From Octopus bimaculoides (Eukaryota), in contig NC_068987.1 in the NCBI RefSeq assembly GCF_001194135.2, positions 7,311,650 to 7,374,560 on the forward strand: DNA of 62,911 nucleotides. Reading direction: 5' to 3'. The stretch's first letter is position 1. Each line of letters begins with the position of its first letter. Of this stretch, positions 11,091 to 23,263 are shown piece by piece. A model generated the notes under the pieces. That model ran no database searches and was not told the origin of the DNA. It worked only from the letters and a program-made list of their open reading frames with translations. The position numbers and the translations under genes are program-made.

Positions 11091-11295
11091 GTTTTTCTCT
11101 TCTTATTTCTTTCCCTGAATGGACTGCAACCATGCTGGGGCATCACCTGGAAGTGTTTAACCGAACAATTAGCGCTATTACTAATTTTTAAGTATGGTAC
11201 GAATTGTATTGTGCACCTTGGGCGAATCTATAAGTTACGGGGATGTAAACAAACATGAATTTTCAGGTAGTGGATGGCGGAGAACAATCACAAGT
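11091..11295 (-). mobile_element. SINE family B, 3' part, diverged
   Basis: ggactgcaaccatgctggggcatcacc...aagttacggggatgtaaac. Confidence 0.75.
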
Positions 11296-11589
11296 ACTCA
11301 CACATATATATGTAACCTTTATAATAAGTAAGGCAAATTAAGCTATTTCTCTGTAGACTGAAAAACGTGATGACCAGCCTTAATTGATTTTCAAACGCTA
11401 TTCGGTTCTTGTCAGAGGTGTCCACATAAATCTGATCAATGCCAAAGTAATAAATAACCATTCTGTTTATATATTCAACAATTACAATGGCGTCATACTA
11501 CTGGGGCTCTTAATTTGCATTCCGTAAGTGTTTAATATTTTATTTAATATCAGAGACCTGTCGACTGGGTCCTCAGTCCGAACAACATA

Positions 11590-11772
11590 AACACACACAC
11601 GCACGCACACATACATACATGCGTTCATAAATACATACATTTATACATACATAAATATATACATACATAGATACATAAATACGTACATATATAGATACAT
11701 ATATGAATACATACATAAATACATACATACATACATACATACATACATACATACATACATACATACATACAT
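11590..11772. repeat. (TACA)n tract, probably the expanded interior of a SINE B copy
   Basis: Runs directly into agtttccgtctaccaaatcc. Confidence 0.9.
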
Positions 11773-11899
11773 AGTTTCCGTCTACCAAATCCAAAGTACT
11801 GGTCGGCCTGGGGCCGTAACAGAAGATACTTGCCGAAGCGCTGCGCAGTTAAACCGAAACCGAAACTACCTGGTTGCAAAGAAAGCTTCTTAAACACAC
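11773..11899 (-). mobile_element. SINE family B, 5' part
   Basis: agtttccgtctaccaaatcc...ggtcggcctggggccgtaacagaagatacttgcc...aaagcttcttaaacacac. Confidence 0.85.
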
Positions 11900-11912
11900 A
11901 CCAAGTGGAGTG

Positions 11913-12034
<122 letters not shown>

Positions 12035-12038
12035 GTAT

Positions 12039-12399
12039 GGGCGCAGGAGTGGCTGTGTAGTAAGTCGCTTGATTATCAACCACATGGTTACGGGTTCAGT
12101 CCCACTGCGTGGCACCTTAGGCAGTCTCTTCTGCTATAGCCTCAGGCCGACCAAAGATTTCTGAGTGGATTTGGTAGACGGAAGCTGGAAAGAAGTGCGT
12201 CGTATATATATATAAGTGTGTGTGTGTGTGTATGTTTGTGTGTCTGTGTTTGTCCCCGTAACTTAGCGCTTTAGCAAAAGAGACCGATAGATCGAGTACT
12301 AGGCTTACAAAATATAAGTCCTGGTGTCGATTTGTTCGACCAAAGTCGGTGCACCAGCATGGCCGCAGTCAAATTCCTGAAACAAATAAAAGAATAAAA
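12039..12399 (+). mobile_element. SINE family B, full length (best reference copy in the window)
   Basis: ggcgcaggagtggctgtgtagtaag (A-box-like), gggttcagtccc (B-box-like), gcaccttaggcagtctcttct body, short internal (TA)(TG), tail ctgaaacaaataaaagaataaaa. Confidence 0.95.
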
Positions 12400-13040
12400 T
12401 ACACACATACATACATACATATATANNNNNNNNNNCCGAAAAGATCACGGATCCCCTATAGATTATTGTGGTTTCATAATAGGAAGGGAAAGAGCACGAA
12501 ACAAATTTGCCCGGGAGAACGCGCCAATCTCTATGCAGCAGGTAATTTCCCACACATTCCGGAGCATATTAGCTAAAGTTGGATATAAAGTGCGTGACGT
12601 AAAACGAGTGAACGCGTATGCATGTTTGTTCCTGTATGCATGCGTTTGTATTGCTGTAAGAGAAAAATCAAACAACTATGTGTGTGTGTGTGTGTGTATA
12701 ACTGTGTGTGCCTGTATGTATCCTGCAGTAATGTCTAAAAATATCTTCGCTTTCAATATAATAGCACTTCAAGTATACTTGGACATCAACTCAGTGATAG
12801 ATTTTTTTGTTTTTTCCAGAAGGAAGTGGGTAGTTTGTCAATGTCTGCTTTTCGACGTCGTATTTCAACTAATGAATTCCCGCAGCGGATTTTCTCAAAA
12901 CTTCTATTGTGATAATTTGCAGCACTTAGTATTGCAACATTTTGTCCGCAACTCCTGCTAACCGTTTAGCCCACCCTCTTCGTCGCTTTCTCGCTCGCTC
13001 ACTCTTCTCTCTACACTTCGCTTTTATGCTATCTTTATGC

Positions 13041-13084
<44 letters not shown>

Positions 13085-13430
13085 ATATATATATATATAT
13101 ATTTCACTTGCTTTTTTTATTCATTACTAATGTTTATCAGTATACATCTTTCAATATTTCCACAACTTATGAAAATGTATATGTGTTTGTGTGAAGGCAT
13201 ATAAATGTATGCATGTATGTGTGTGTGTGTGTGTGTGTGTGTGCGTCTGAAGTTATAAGTATACATATAATGTATATAAATATCTATACATGTGTATAAG
13301 TATGAATATATCACTGTGTGCGTCCTTTTGACTTCTGTTGTTTTTCCTATTTTAGTTTTCATTTTTGATTTCACTGTGTATGTATGTACGTACGTACGTA
13401 TACATATATATATATAAATACTTAAGTTTT

Positions 13431-13698
13431 CCATGGCGTATAAGTGTCTAATTTCACAACATCCTCCATGAACGACAAGCCGATTTTTCGTAGGGTTGAA
13501 GGCCAGAAGTTTTGAGGAGAGGGAGAAAGTCGATAGGACCGACTCGAGTAAATGACTGGTACTTTAGTTTATCGACCCTGAAGGGATGAAAGATAAAAGT
13601 GTTCTTGGTGAGATTTAAACTCAGGTCATGAAGAACCGGAAGAAATAGCGTTAAGCATTTTTTCCGACGCACTACCAACTCTGACAGCTCGCCCCCTT
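13431..13698 (-). mobile_element. SINE family A, old subfamily with extended 3' module
   Basis: tttatcgaccctgaagggatgaaagataaa...ctgacagctcgcc; extension ggcgtataagtg...cacaacatcc shared with the 20558 copy. Confidence 0.75.
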
Positions 13699-14251
13699 CC
13701 TCAATATCTCTATATACCACACAAAAACTAGCTAAAAATGATATCGCTTTCACTTTGCTTCAGTCTTCTATTTTCCAGACGAAGTCTGTTTATATTACTA
13801 TTTTGTAAAAGTTTGCGGTTATCATCATTTTCTATCTCTTTTAACGAATCAAACTTTTTGGCACCAACCAATCATCTCTCAGATATTGATTTTATTATTG
13901 CTATGTCTATATGTACATAAAATTAATATCTCTTCAGTTCAAAACAGCACCTGACAGACAATCGTATGCATAGGTTTCATGACGGTAAGCATGTGGGAGA
14001 TAATCTGCTCTAGACAGTTTGCCAGTTTGTCTCATATAACATTCTTTAATGACACCGCTAGAAGTTTCGTGAGTTCAATAAGCCAAAGCAAGTAGAAAAA
14101 ATATTCTTTTTGATTCCAGTCGATTTTGTACCCATGAACTAATGTCTATCATGTAATTTTTCATCAACACAACCCTTTCCAGCATTTAGGAATACTTGAA
14201 ACACAAAGAAATACGTTTCATGGTTTCTTATATATTAATTTCTTATACATT

Positions 14252-14430
14252 AATGCTTAGCGGTATTTCGTCTGCCGTTACGTTCTGAGTCCAAATTCTA
14301 CCGAGGTCGAGTTTGCCTTTCACCCTTTTGGGGTCAATAAATTAAGTACCAGTTCCGTACTGGGGTCGATCTAATCGACTGGCAGCCTCCTCCAAAATTC
14401 GGGCCTTGCGCCTAGAAAACAAAAGGATAT
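14252..14430 (+). mobile_element. SINE family A, lacking the first ~35 bp
   Basis: atgcttagcggtatttcgtctgccgttacgttctgagtccaaatt...ctggggtcgatctaatcgactggc...gggccttgcgcctag. Confidence 0.92.
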
Positions 14431-14630
14431 ATTGTCCAAATAGGATTAAATTAACTAATATAGATTTCCTTTTTTGTGCACAAGTGTGAGGCTCTTTTGC
14501 TTCTATTTCTATTGACTTGAGTGGCCACATAGAGGTTGTTTCGTGTCGTAGAATCAGTGGTGTATATCCTATTACTGGTACAATGTGTATCTAAGACATA
14601 TCCGTTTATAACTGAGATATTCAACAATCC

Positions 14631-14851
14631 AGGGGAGGCGAGCTGACTGAATCATTCGCAGACCGAGCGAAAAGATTAGCGCCATTTCATGCGTTTTTAC
14701 GTCCTGAGTTCGTATTCCGCTGAAATCGATTTTGTCTTTCATCGTCTCGCGATCGATAAAATAAATACTAGTTGACCACTGGGTCGATGTAATCGATTTA
14801 CACCCTCCTCCGAAATTGATGGCCTTCTGATAAAAGTTTGAAACCAATATT
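14631..14851 (+). mobile_element. SINE family A, diverged full length (tail gtttgaaaccaatatt)
   Basis: ggcgagctgactgaatc...gtcctgagttcgtattccgc...gggtcgatgtaatcgatt. Confidence 0.85.
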
Positions 14852-15249
14852 CAACAAACTATTTCTTCTTTCAGTACACAAATCAAATGGCTATTTGCTG
14901 TTAATTGATCTGAGACACAGATTTTTATTAGATCATATTTCTAAGTGCAAGTCCTGCCTTACGCTTAAATTAGTCTAACTTCGTTTTTTGCTCTTGAGGA
15001 ACTTGTATACGACTAAGGTTCCGCTGGTGTCTCTAGAATCAGATGTTACACGACTCACTAATCCAGACTCCATTATAGGACTCCGTTTTAATTTAGTCTA
15101 TCTTTTAATTACCGTGTAATGAATTTTATCTAAATTGCATTTTTCAAAATGAAATATCTCATGTTCATTTCAATGTTTTAAGTGTTGTCTATGGTTTCAC
15201 AAACAAAACATTAATATCATGCAATATTCACAATAATGGTTGGCCTTTT

Positions 15250-15620
15250 TCATTGTCGATCGACGATATTACCGAAATAGTGGCGTAGCTCCCTCTGCAA
15301 TGACTAAGCTGTTTCCAAAAGTAAGTCTCGTACCCCAAGTACGCTTACCACCTCTTCATATACGGATATACCACGAAGAAGGAAACACAAGTCAATAAGT
15401 TCGTATTTTTCCACGGAGCCGCAGAAGATCTTCATTAAGTATAACTGTACATATATGCCTTAGGGTTCCACTCATCGGATTTTTGGTAACTCCCTTAGAC
15501 GTTTTCGAACGCTAAGTGATCCCACAAGGCAACCTGAGGTTGTTATTATAGTGGATATCGTTAATGCAAAACAAGCCCTGCTGTCTCGTCTTCTAGGCTT
15601 GGACGGATGCAACAAGATCC
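15250..15620 (-). mobile_element. Fossil RTE-like LINE, RT C-terminal part
   Basis: Minus-strand pieces INDIHYNNNLRLPCGI (cf. INNLRFADDI), VEKYELIDLCFLLRGIS (cf. VExVxxFxYLGSxIS) and YEEVV in the expected order; heavily decayed. Confidence 0.4.
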
Positions 15621-15661
15621 ATGAGACCTGATTCACGACAATATATATTATATAATACTAT

Positions 15662-15767
15662 CGCCAATGTTGACTTTGCGTTTCATCTTCTCAGGGTCGA
15701 CGACATAACTACCAATTTTCCTTCCCATAAAAAGGTTGGCCCTGTGCCAAAATTTGAAACCAGTATT
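15662..15767 (+). mobile_element. SINE family A, 3' fragment
   Basis: ttgactttgcgtttcatcttctcagggtcga...ggccctgtgccaaaatttgaaaccagtatt. Confidence 0.8.
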
Positions 15768-15770
15768 ATA

Positions 15771-15991
15771 AATACTGGTTTCAAATTTTGGCACCAGGCC
15801 AGCAATTTCAGGAAAGGGGATAAGTCGATTACATTGACCTCAGCACTCAACTGGTATTTATTTTATCGCCCCCAAAGGGATGAAAGGCAAAAAGTGGACT
15901 TAGGTGGAATTTGAAATCAGAACGTCAGTAAAGACGTACGAAATGCCGCATTTTACCTCGACAGGTTAAAGATTCTGCCAGTTAACCTCCT
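15771..15991 (-). mobile_element. SINE family A, tail-to-tail with the previous copy
   Basis: aatactggtttcaaattttggcaccaggcc...gggatgaaaggcaaa...gattctgccagttaacctcct. Confidence 0.88.
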
Positions 15992-16898
15992 CAATAAAAT
16001 AAATAATACCACTAGCTTAAAATTTATAAAAGAAATTTATAAACCAACACAACTGATAAGGTCATGGTGACAAAATATTTTACAGAATAATTTAATCTAA
16101 CCAGTCTTATAGCTGTTATTATAATTAGAGAAGACAGTGACACTAAACTCATTCTAATGCCATTATGAAACAAAAGAAAATCTTTCGATAAAAAAAGGCC
16201 TTGACACATGTTTCACGTTTTCTTGTAGATATTTATTTATCAGATGTCACTTATACGACTGCTATAAATTGCAGAGACATCCGAAGAATTTTCTTTGTGT
16301 TATCTTCCTTGTTGCTGTTCTTCGTGTTGTTGTTGTTCTTTTACTGTGTTTTTCCCCCTTCTCCTTCTTCTTACCGCTGATGTTATTGTTGCGGCAGATG
16401 CTGCAGCTTTTCAGGTATTTCTTATTGTAACTGTTTTACGGTTTGTTTGTTTTTTTAAATTGTAATACAGGAAGAGGAAACGATTCGTATCATTGCGGTT
16501 AGCGAAGAACCACGTTCTCATTTGTTTTTGTTTTTATTACTTGTTTTTTTTTTTTGCTTTTTATTAGTTGCTTTTGTTGCGTTTCTGAATTGATTGCTGC
16601 TACTGCTGCTGCTGCTGCTCATAATGACGAAGATGATGACGATGACGATGACGACGAGATGAAGAGAAAACGAAATATGTTGACGACGGAGCTGATATTT
16701 CTCTCAGAATTTATGATCTGTTATAGTTGTTGTTGTTGTCATTGAAGGTTACAATAATTATAATGATGGTGGTGGTGATGATGATGATGATAAGGAGGTT
16801 GATAATGTCATATGGTTTCTTACAGTGCATTTCTTGAATTCTCCCCTTATATTCTTCTTCTTTCTTGTCTAGTAAGTGGATTTATTTTATCATAATAT

Positions 16899-16899
<1 letters not shown>

Positions 16900-16975
<76 letters not shown>

Positions 16976-17003
16976 TGTAAGTGTGTGTGTGTGTGTGTGT
17001 GTA
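16900..17003. repeat. (TA)n(TG)n microsatellite
   Basis: Direct inspection. Confidence 0.95.
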
Positions 17004-17051
17004 CATGTATATCCGTTTCTTCGCACGAGAGAAATTTTACTTTTAATAAAG

Positions 17052-17123
17052 ATAGAATTCCGTCTTCGTTGGAAATGACGCCTCAGGTTCGTAGTATTAA
17101 CCACGCAGAACAATGTCAAACAG
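17052..17123 (+). other. Candidate 72-nt phase 1-1 exon (xRIPSSLEMTPQVRSINHAEQCQT)
   Basis: AG...GT bounded and open, length a multiple of 3, donor CAG|GTAACA; acceptor weak; no recognised homology. Confidence 0.15.
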
Positions 17124-18429
17124 GTAACAATTGTTATAACAGGAGGAGATGATATGGAAAATTCAAGTGCATTGAAAATAGCAACTTGACTTGTGACATC
17201 TGTTGCTTTAATAAAGTAAGAATTGTACGAAAAGATGACATAAATAATGAGAAGTACTTCTAATAGGGAAGCAGACCACCATTAATATAGCATAACATGG
17301 CGGTATTTAAAATGAAAGCCAACAGCATGAAAAATACTTGTTCAATATTTTTATACAGCCACCTTAATTCGCATAAATCGTGCCACCTATTTTATCATTC
17401 TAACAACAGTATTTAAAACTCCTTCAAACACCGTTTTGATGAAATACTTCATTGTACATGCAAAGCATCCTGGTATGTAATCAATACAGCTAACACAAAA
17501 TATCATAAAATAGCCTCACGATTAATTAATGCACTCAATATATCCTACGCTTGTGTATCTCACTAGAACAAACCCTATTTATAGCTCACACTTGGAAATA
17601 TAAGTGATAGACCTTGAAAATCCCAGAAGCACTAGAAACATTCCGTATTTGAGTACGAATCCATGTTGCTACTATGTATGGTTGTAAAGGTTATGTTGTC
17701 AAGCCATGTCACATGAAGCAGATAAATTAACGTCACTGAATGCTTTGTGTGAATACAGAAAGACAAAGTTATGAAAATTCATGTTTTGAAATTAGCGGAA
17801 TAATTTTTATAACTTTTCGAAAGGATATGTTTTTGTAGAGTATTTATAGCGATGCAAGAATCAGGGTAATTTATAAAAGCGTTGCAAAGATATTGTGTAA
17901 AGTAATCAAATGACTTTGAAGAGATATTTAAAGTCAGTTTTAGCGAAGTAATATTACAAATAGAGCATCAATTCCCTTCATATTTTACCCAAATATAAAC
18001 CAATCAGGGACGCCTCTTTCAGTTATTAATCGCTGATTTCCAATGTCCAGTCTTTTGATAATCAAATACGAACTTCAGAGCCAGAGAAAAATGCAAAGTT
18101 CATAGACTGTTACAACAATAATCATTCACCACTAAAAATATGATAATTAAAATAAATTGATTGCACTCAATGTCCTTCAGTCTGATTGTTAAAGTAATTA
18201 GTTGTGGTTATAATATGATCAAAAAAAATTTGATGGTGATCAACAAAACTCATTTAATTCATATAATGCATTTTGTATACTTTATTTAATATACTTTGTA
18301 TGCTTTATACATTTTATTTTATACTTTGTAATTGTTACCCACTACTCAGATATTGTCATTCATCCTTCGGCAATCAATACGCGATGCATTGATCATATAT
18401 ATAGTATATATTATATGGATTGTTCAATT

Positions 18430-18930
18430 GACTGCATTCTTTTTCAATAAAACTACATGACTCACGAATTTTCAAGTAAATTATATCTGCAGACGGACTA
18501 GCTGTCAATATATCACTGAAAAGATAGAATGCAATAACGATAGATAATATAGAGTTTCGTTAAATGACGATGGTTAAGCATTGAATAAGCTGCAGAATAT
18601 ATCGATCACGATGCATACCGCTGAGATGACTGCAAATAGAATTTATGATACATGTTTGTTAATGGTATAGAACCTTTCTAAGCTGTTGAAAGAGGTAAAA
18701 CTATTTTAGAAAAGACAATTGAATGCTGGGTATTGTTAGTGCGTTGTCGAAGACTGTTTGAGAATCGGTGGAGTGGTGGAAAATCTGTGGAGATGCATGA
18801 AGATTACTAGGATATAATGAGGGGTTTGTTGGAAAGCGCTGGGAGTAAAGAAAATATCAAATATGAAACATAACTGAATCTACCCAGAAATAAAGTGGAA
18901 GCAAATGCTAGGGGTACGAGAGTATCTTTA
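18430..18930 (+). mobile_element. Ancient RTE-clade LINE remnant (endonuclease end and linker)
   Basis: Pieces ISADGLAVN (cf. WxSPDGxTxNQID), YIDH (cf. GSDH), NLSKLLKEVK, VENLWRCMK and KALGVKK...IYPEIKWKQ follow RTE ORF order; many stops. Confidence 0.35.
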
Positions 18931-19599
18931 ATTGAATCAATATCGAAAATAATTCAATAAAAAGCCAAACAATCGTTTTCACTTGAATTTTATTTTATTT
19001 TTATCTTTTATTTGTCTGTGTTTATATATGTAGGTTTGTATTTAGAACTTGTGTGTTTGTTCATCAATTCCTCTTTGTTTTTTTACGCAAAACATATTTA
19101 GGATAAAGAATGCAATTTACGCACAACAGTAGCTAATTCCATAACAAATTATACACTTAGCGAATTATGGAATCTTCTTTTCTTTTATTTTGTTACTGAC
19201 TAATTCCGGATCTGAATTTATTCAATAGGCAGAAATATGGGTAGTTTTCTTATTAATTTTTAATGGATTTTCATTTTATATTTCAGATAATATTATTGAT
19301 ATTTTGTTTCAAACGTCTATTCATGGCAATTAGTTTTCCTAGCTGTCGAATTATTTTTTAATAGATCTATGCGAACAGACGCTTTAACGTCAAACATATT
19401 TTAGTCGTTACACGTATTTGAGGATAACTATAATACAATACTTAGAGTATATTATGTCAAATTCTTGGATTTATTTCTGAGCTTGTGATATACTTTGTAA
19501 AAGATCTTGTTTCTTAAATGCATGTACTTTTGCATACTTTACATTTGGAACTTGAACAATAAATTCGTTTTCTGGTGTTGTACGTCAAATAACAGTAAA

Positions 19600-20242
19600 A
19601 TGGTTACAAATCAAGGTCTAAGTTTTCAAGTAAGTCTCTTCACTTTTCTTCCTATTTCGTAGTGATTTCACTATTGATATCGAATATGGATTTCGCGTGA
19701 TTCATCTAGCTATCATCAATTTATGATATTCGAAAATAACAAAACAAAAGAAGCATCTACACAGAGGAAAGCATTAAAAAATTTTAGAGAACAATTAATC
19801 ACCAACTTCAATACGATTGCAGTCAGAATTTCATAAGTTTTGTGTAAGATAGCTTTCTACAATTTCCTTTCAATTCGTGGTTATGTTTCAACCTCTGATC
19901 TAATTCACAAATTATTGCATTATTCATATGGATGAAATTGCCTATGAAGACAATAGTTGCTGGAAAAACAATAATACAATGCCACCGTGTAATAGAACGA
20001 ATAGATCAAAAAGCTAAACTATAGTTGAAATATCTTTAAAGTTCTCTTCAGATAATACTATTTCTCCCATAACCATAGTTTAGATTGTTAATGTCCTTAG
20101 AATTCTCTTTGTAGTTTTCTTTGTTTCAATTCGGAGATTTACTAATGGATTTGGTTTTGGTTGTATTAAAATTCGTCCGTACAGTTATGGTCATATCTAT
20201 ACATGTATTTGTGACTGTGCTCAAGGTCATTGTTGCATTTAA
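19600..20242 (+). CDS. Speculative two-exon gene (19600-19629 joined to 20084-20242) for a 62-aa peptide with six Cys
   Basis: aaaATGG start, donor CAA|GTAAGT, acceptor tttag; product MVTNQGLSFQIVNVLRILFVVFFVSIRRFTNGFGFGCIKIRPYSYGHIYTCICDCAQGHCCI; no homology or expression evidence. Confidence 0.2.
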
Positions 20243-20557
20243 ATTCATGAATAATGTTTAATTTTACATCAGAATTAGGTGTGAATTATTAATGTCTTGG
20301 TTTTGTACAATTCAATTTTTCACACTGAAATCCCGTGATGTATTTATGATTCTCCATTCAAGTCCATTAATGTCTTCCTTCTAAGGATGTTTACAATATT
20401 AAATTTATCCTGTAATTGATATTCTCATTGCAACAGAGCTATGTATTTCAAATTCATTTAAGATTCAAATCCGATAAATTTCCAGCAATTTTCTTAGTCA
20501 AATTGTAAGTTGATAAGAATTACTAGTAGATCAATATCTACATTTTGGAAACTTTTT

Positions 20558-20823
20558 CCTCGGCGTATAAGTGATCGAGATCACAAGATTCCCCTCAAAG
20601 GGATGCCAGTCCGTTGCGGGGTTCGAAGACAGAAATTCTGAGGGATGGGTTAATGGATTACATCTACCTCAGTACTTGACTGGTATTTTATTTTATCGAC
20701 TTCGAAGGTTTGAAAAGCAAAGTTGATTTTGATGTTATTTGAATTCAGAAAGTAAAAAGCCGGTAGAAACGCCGCTAAGCAATTTGTCCAAACGTACTTA
20801 CAAGTGTATCAGCTCATTACCTT
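20558..20823 (-). mobile_element. SINE family A, old subfamily with extended 3' module
   Basis: gactggtattttattttatcgac...gaaaagcaaagttga...tttgaattcagaa...ccgctaagca; same extension as the 13431 copy. Confidence 0.75.
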
Positions 20824-21943
20824 CTTAAGCTACACAATTACAAAACTTTACAGTTAATATTCCTAAACCAAGAAATGTAATTTATATACGTTAGGGAAGG
20901 CGAATGATGCATATATTTTTTGCGTGCCTTTCTAGACTGTTGTGATTAATGTGATTGATACCAAGCGAAAATTAACATCCCTCTGCAAGAAAAACAAAAC
21001 ATGAACAGAATGATATCAGAGAAGCTGCTCTGTCAAATTACAACAGTGCGGCTGACTACAAGAAAAGGACTCCGAAGACCAGATTATGTGTATTAATAAA
21101 ATATCATGCGACAACAATTTATTGAGAAAGTTCAAAATCTGAAGATATGCTAATAGGGATTAGTATAGTACTAAATAAGATTTGCATAGCTGTCGTAAAT
21201 TGTTACAGAAGCTATTTCCTGAAACAGAGTTATTAAGAAGATATTCTTTAGCGGTTATTTCGTTTCATTATCATGAATCTTAATCGCTATATTTAAAACG
21301 GATATTGTTTAAACAGGCATATTTATTTAAATAAGATTCATTTAAAAACAAATACAACTTTCAAACCGTATTTTCGAGACAGTGTAATGTGCTTCCTTTT
21401 CTATTTATTTCTGTTGCAGTAATCTTGTATTAGAAAACTTTAAGTGTTTTTACTTAATCGGCTTATACTCTAAACAGTTGACGCTATGAATATGATTAAT
21501 GCGTACTTTTACGCAATATATGAAATATAATTATTTTTGTACACGGTTGTATAATTATGGAGATTTAGGCAAAGAGGGTATGCAGATTTAAATGTACTAG
21601 AATCGTAAAATCATTGAGGTAGATTAGTAAGACTAGGGAAGTGAATCAATGCACAGACAAGTAACCAGCCTGAGAAGTATATGTTTTAACCAAGCGTGAA
21701 AAATAGGTGAGAGGTTGAATTTTTTCGTCTATGTCAGACAAAATACGACGACAATTGTTTCTTTCATCAAGACAAAACATCGTATTTATAGAAAATTAGG
21801 AAAAGAAGATTGTTATATTCACACCTTCAAATGATAAGCACAAGAGACGATTATATTTATAATCGCTCCTCCCACAAATGGAAAGTATAGTGTCAATGAC
21901 ATAAATTAACATTTTTACTTCACAATATACGTTACATCTTCTG

Positions 21944-22472
21944 TCTGCGGCCATGCTGGGGCACCACCTTTAAAGGTGTTAATCATACAAGCCGATCCTT
22001 GTACTTATAGTTTTAAGTCTATTGATATCTTAGGCGGGAATATTTACCTACGGGACGTAAAAAAGCGCCATCGTTTGTCAGGTGGCATAGGTAGGTGAGA
22101 AACACAGACACAAAGTCATACACTAATAAGTGTATATACAGCGAGCTTCAACGCAGTTTCCGTCTACCAAGTTCCTACCTTACCGAATGAATATTCCAGT
22201 CATTGTATCTTAATTTCGATTTTTTGGAAGTTTCCCAAGTATATTCTCAAGAAGTATAGCGAGGTGAAGAACACACACAACGACACAAACATATGCATTT
22301 ATACAGCAGGCTTCCACACTGTTTCCGTCTACCTTCACTCACAAAGCATTGGTCGGTCCAAGGCTATTATAGCAGACGCTTGCTCATGGTGCAACACAGC
22401 GGTACTGAACCAGAAACCATTTGGTAGCAAACCGAACTTCTTAACCACACAGGCATATCTGCTCCTACGCCT
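21944..22472 (-). mobile_element. SINE family B: two partial copies or one internally duplicated copy
   Basis: ctgcggccatgctggggcaccacc; gtttccgtctacc occurs twice (~22157 and 22321); head ttaaccacacag...cctacgcc. Confidence 0.8.
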
Positions 22473-23263
22473 GCGTACATTTCGATTTTGTTTCCTTCCA
22501 ATATAGTTTTTTCACAATATGAAGGTCAATCCAAACAGCTCGAAAAAAGTTTGTATTTTGATCAAAATCACTTGCTATTTTAGAATTATACTATTAACAT
22601 GATAATATCGTAAAATAGCATTTTAATAAAAGAAAATTTTTCTTTCAATATAGCGCCAGAGGATGTCATTTCGGTATTCTTCACTTTTACAGTAAACAGT
22701 TATTGGAATTAGAAAAATCCGTCACGTAAGCAGGGTCAAAATATTGTTAAGATGGAAAAAAAAAATGTGTATTCACAGCATGAATGTTTCCTCGAATATT
22801 ATTTGTTCCGTGCTCTTATTTAATGGAAGTTAAAATGAACATCGGAAGAAAGGCTTCTATGAAAAAAAGAAACAAAATTAGTTACTACTTCAAACACCTG
22901 ACAATATATTATGGGGGAAAATAAATAATGTATTTTGGTGAAAACAAATTTAAAAGTATCTTAGTTAAATATTTTATTAGTCTAACAGGAAAATTAATTC
23001 GTTTTAAGTTTTCATTTGTGTATCAATACATGAATGAATAAGAGGTTTATTTTTTAATTGAAATTATTATTTTCACAACAGTGCTGTGGTTATTCTTTGA
23101 TAAAATCAGGGAAGATAACTCTGACAAAAACATCTTAGAGATGGGTGAACTACATTCATTCGTGTAAATGAACTCAAATTGCTAGAAATAGCAGCAACAT
23201 TTCCTTTAAATCACATCCTCTTGTCTTAAATAATGATTACAAAAATGACATTGGATTTTGTAC

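Noticed and set aside
12039-12110. Functional tRNA genes at SINE heads
   Set aside because: The heads have A/B-box motifs but no complete cloverleaf and continue into SINE bodies; no rRNA or true tRNA gene was seen.
13938-13984. 47-nt AG/GT-bounded segment
   Set aside because: Two of three frames stop and it is phase-incompatible with the neighbouring candidates; such sites arise by chance.
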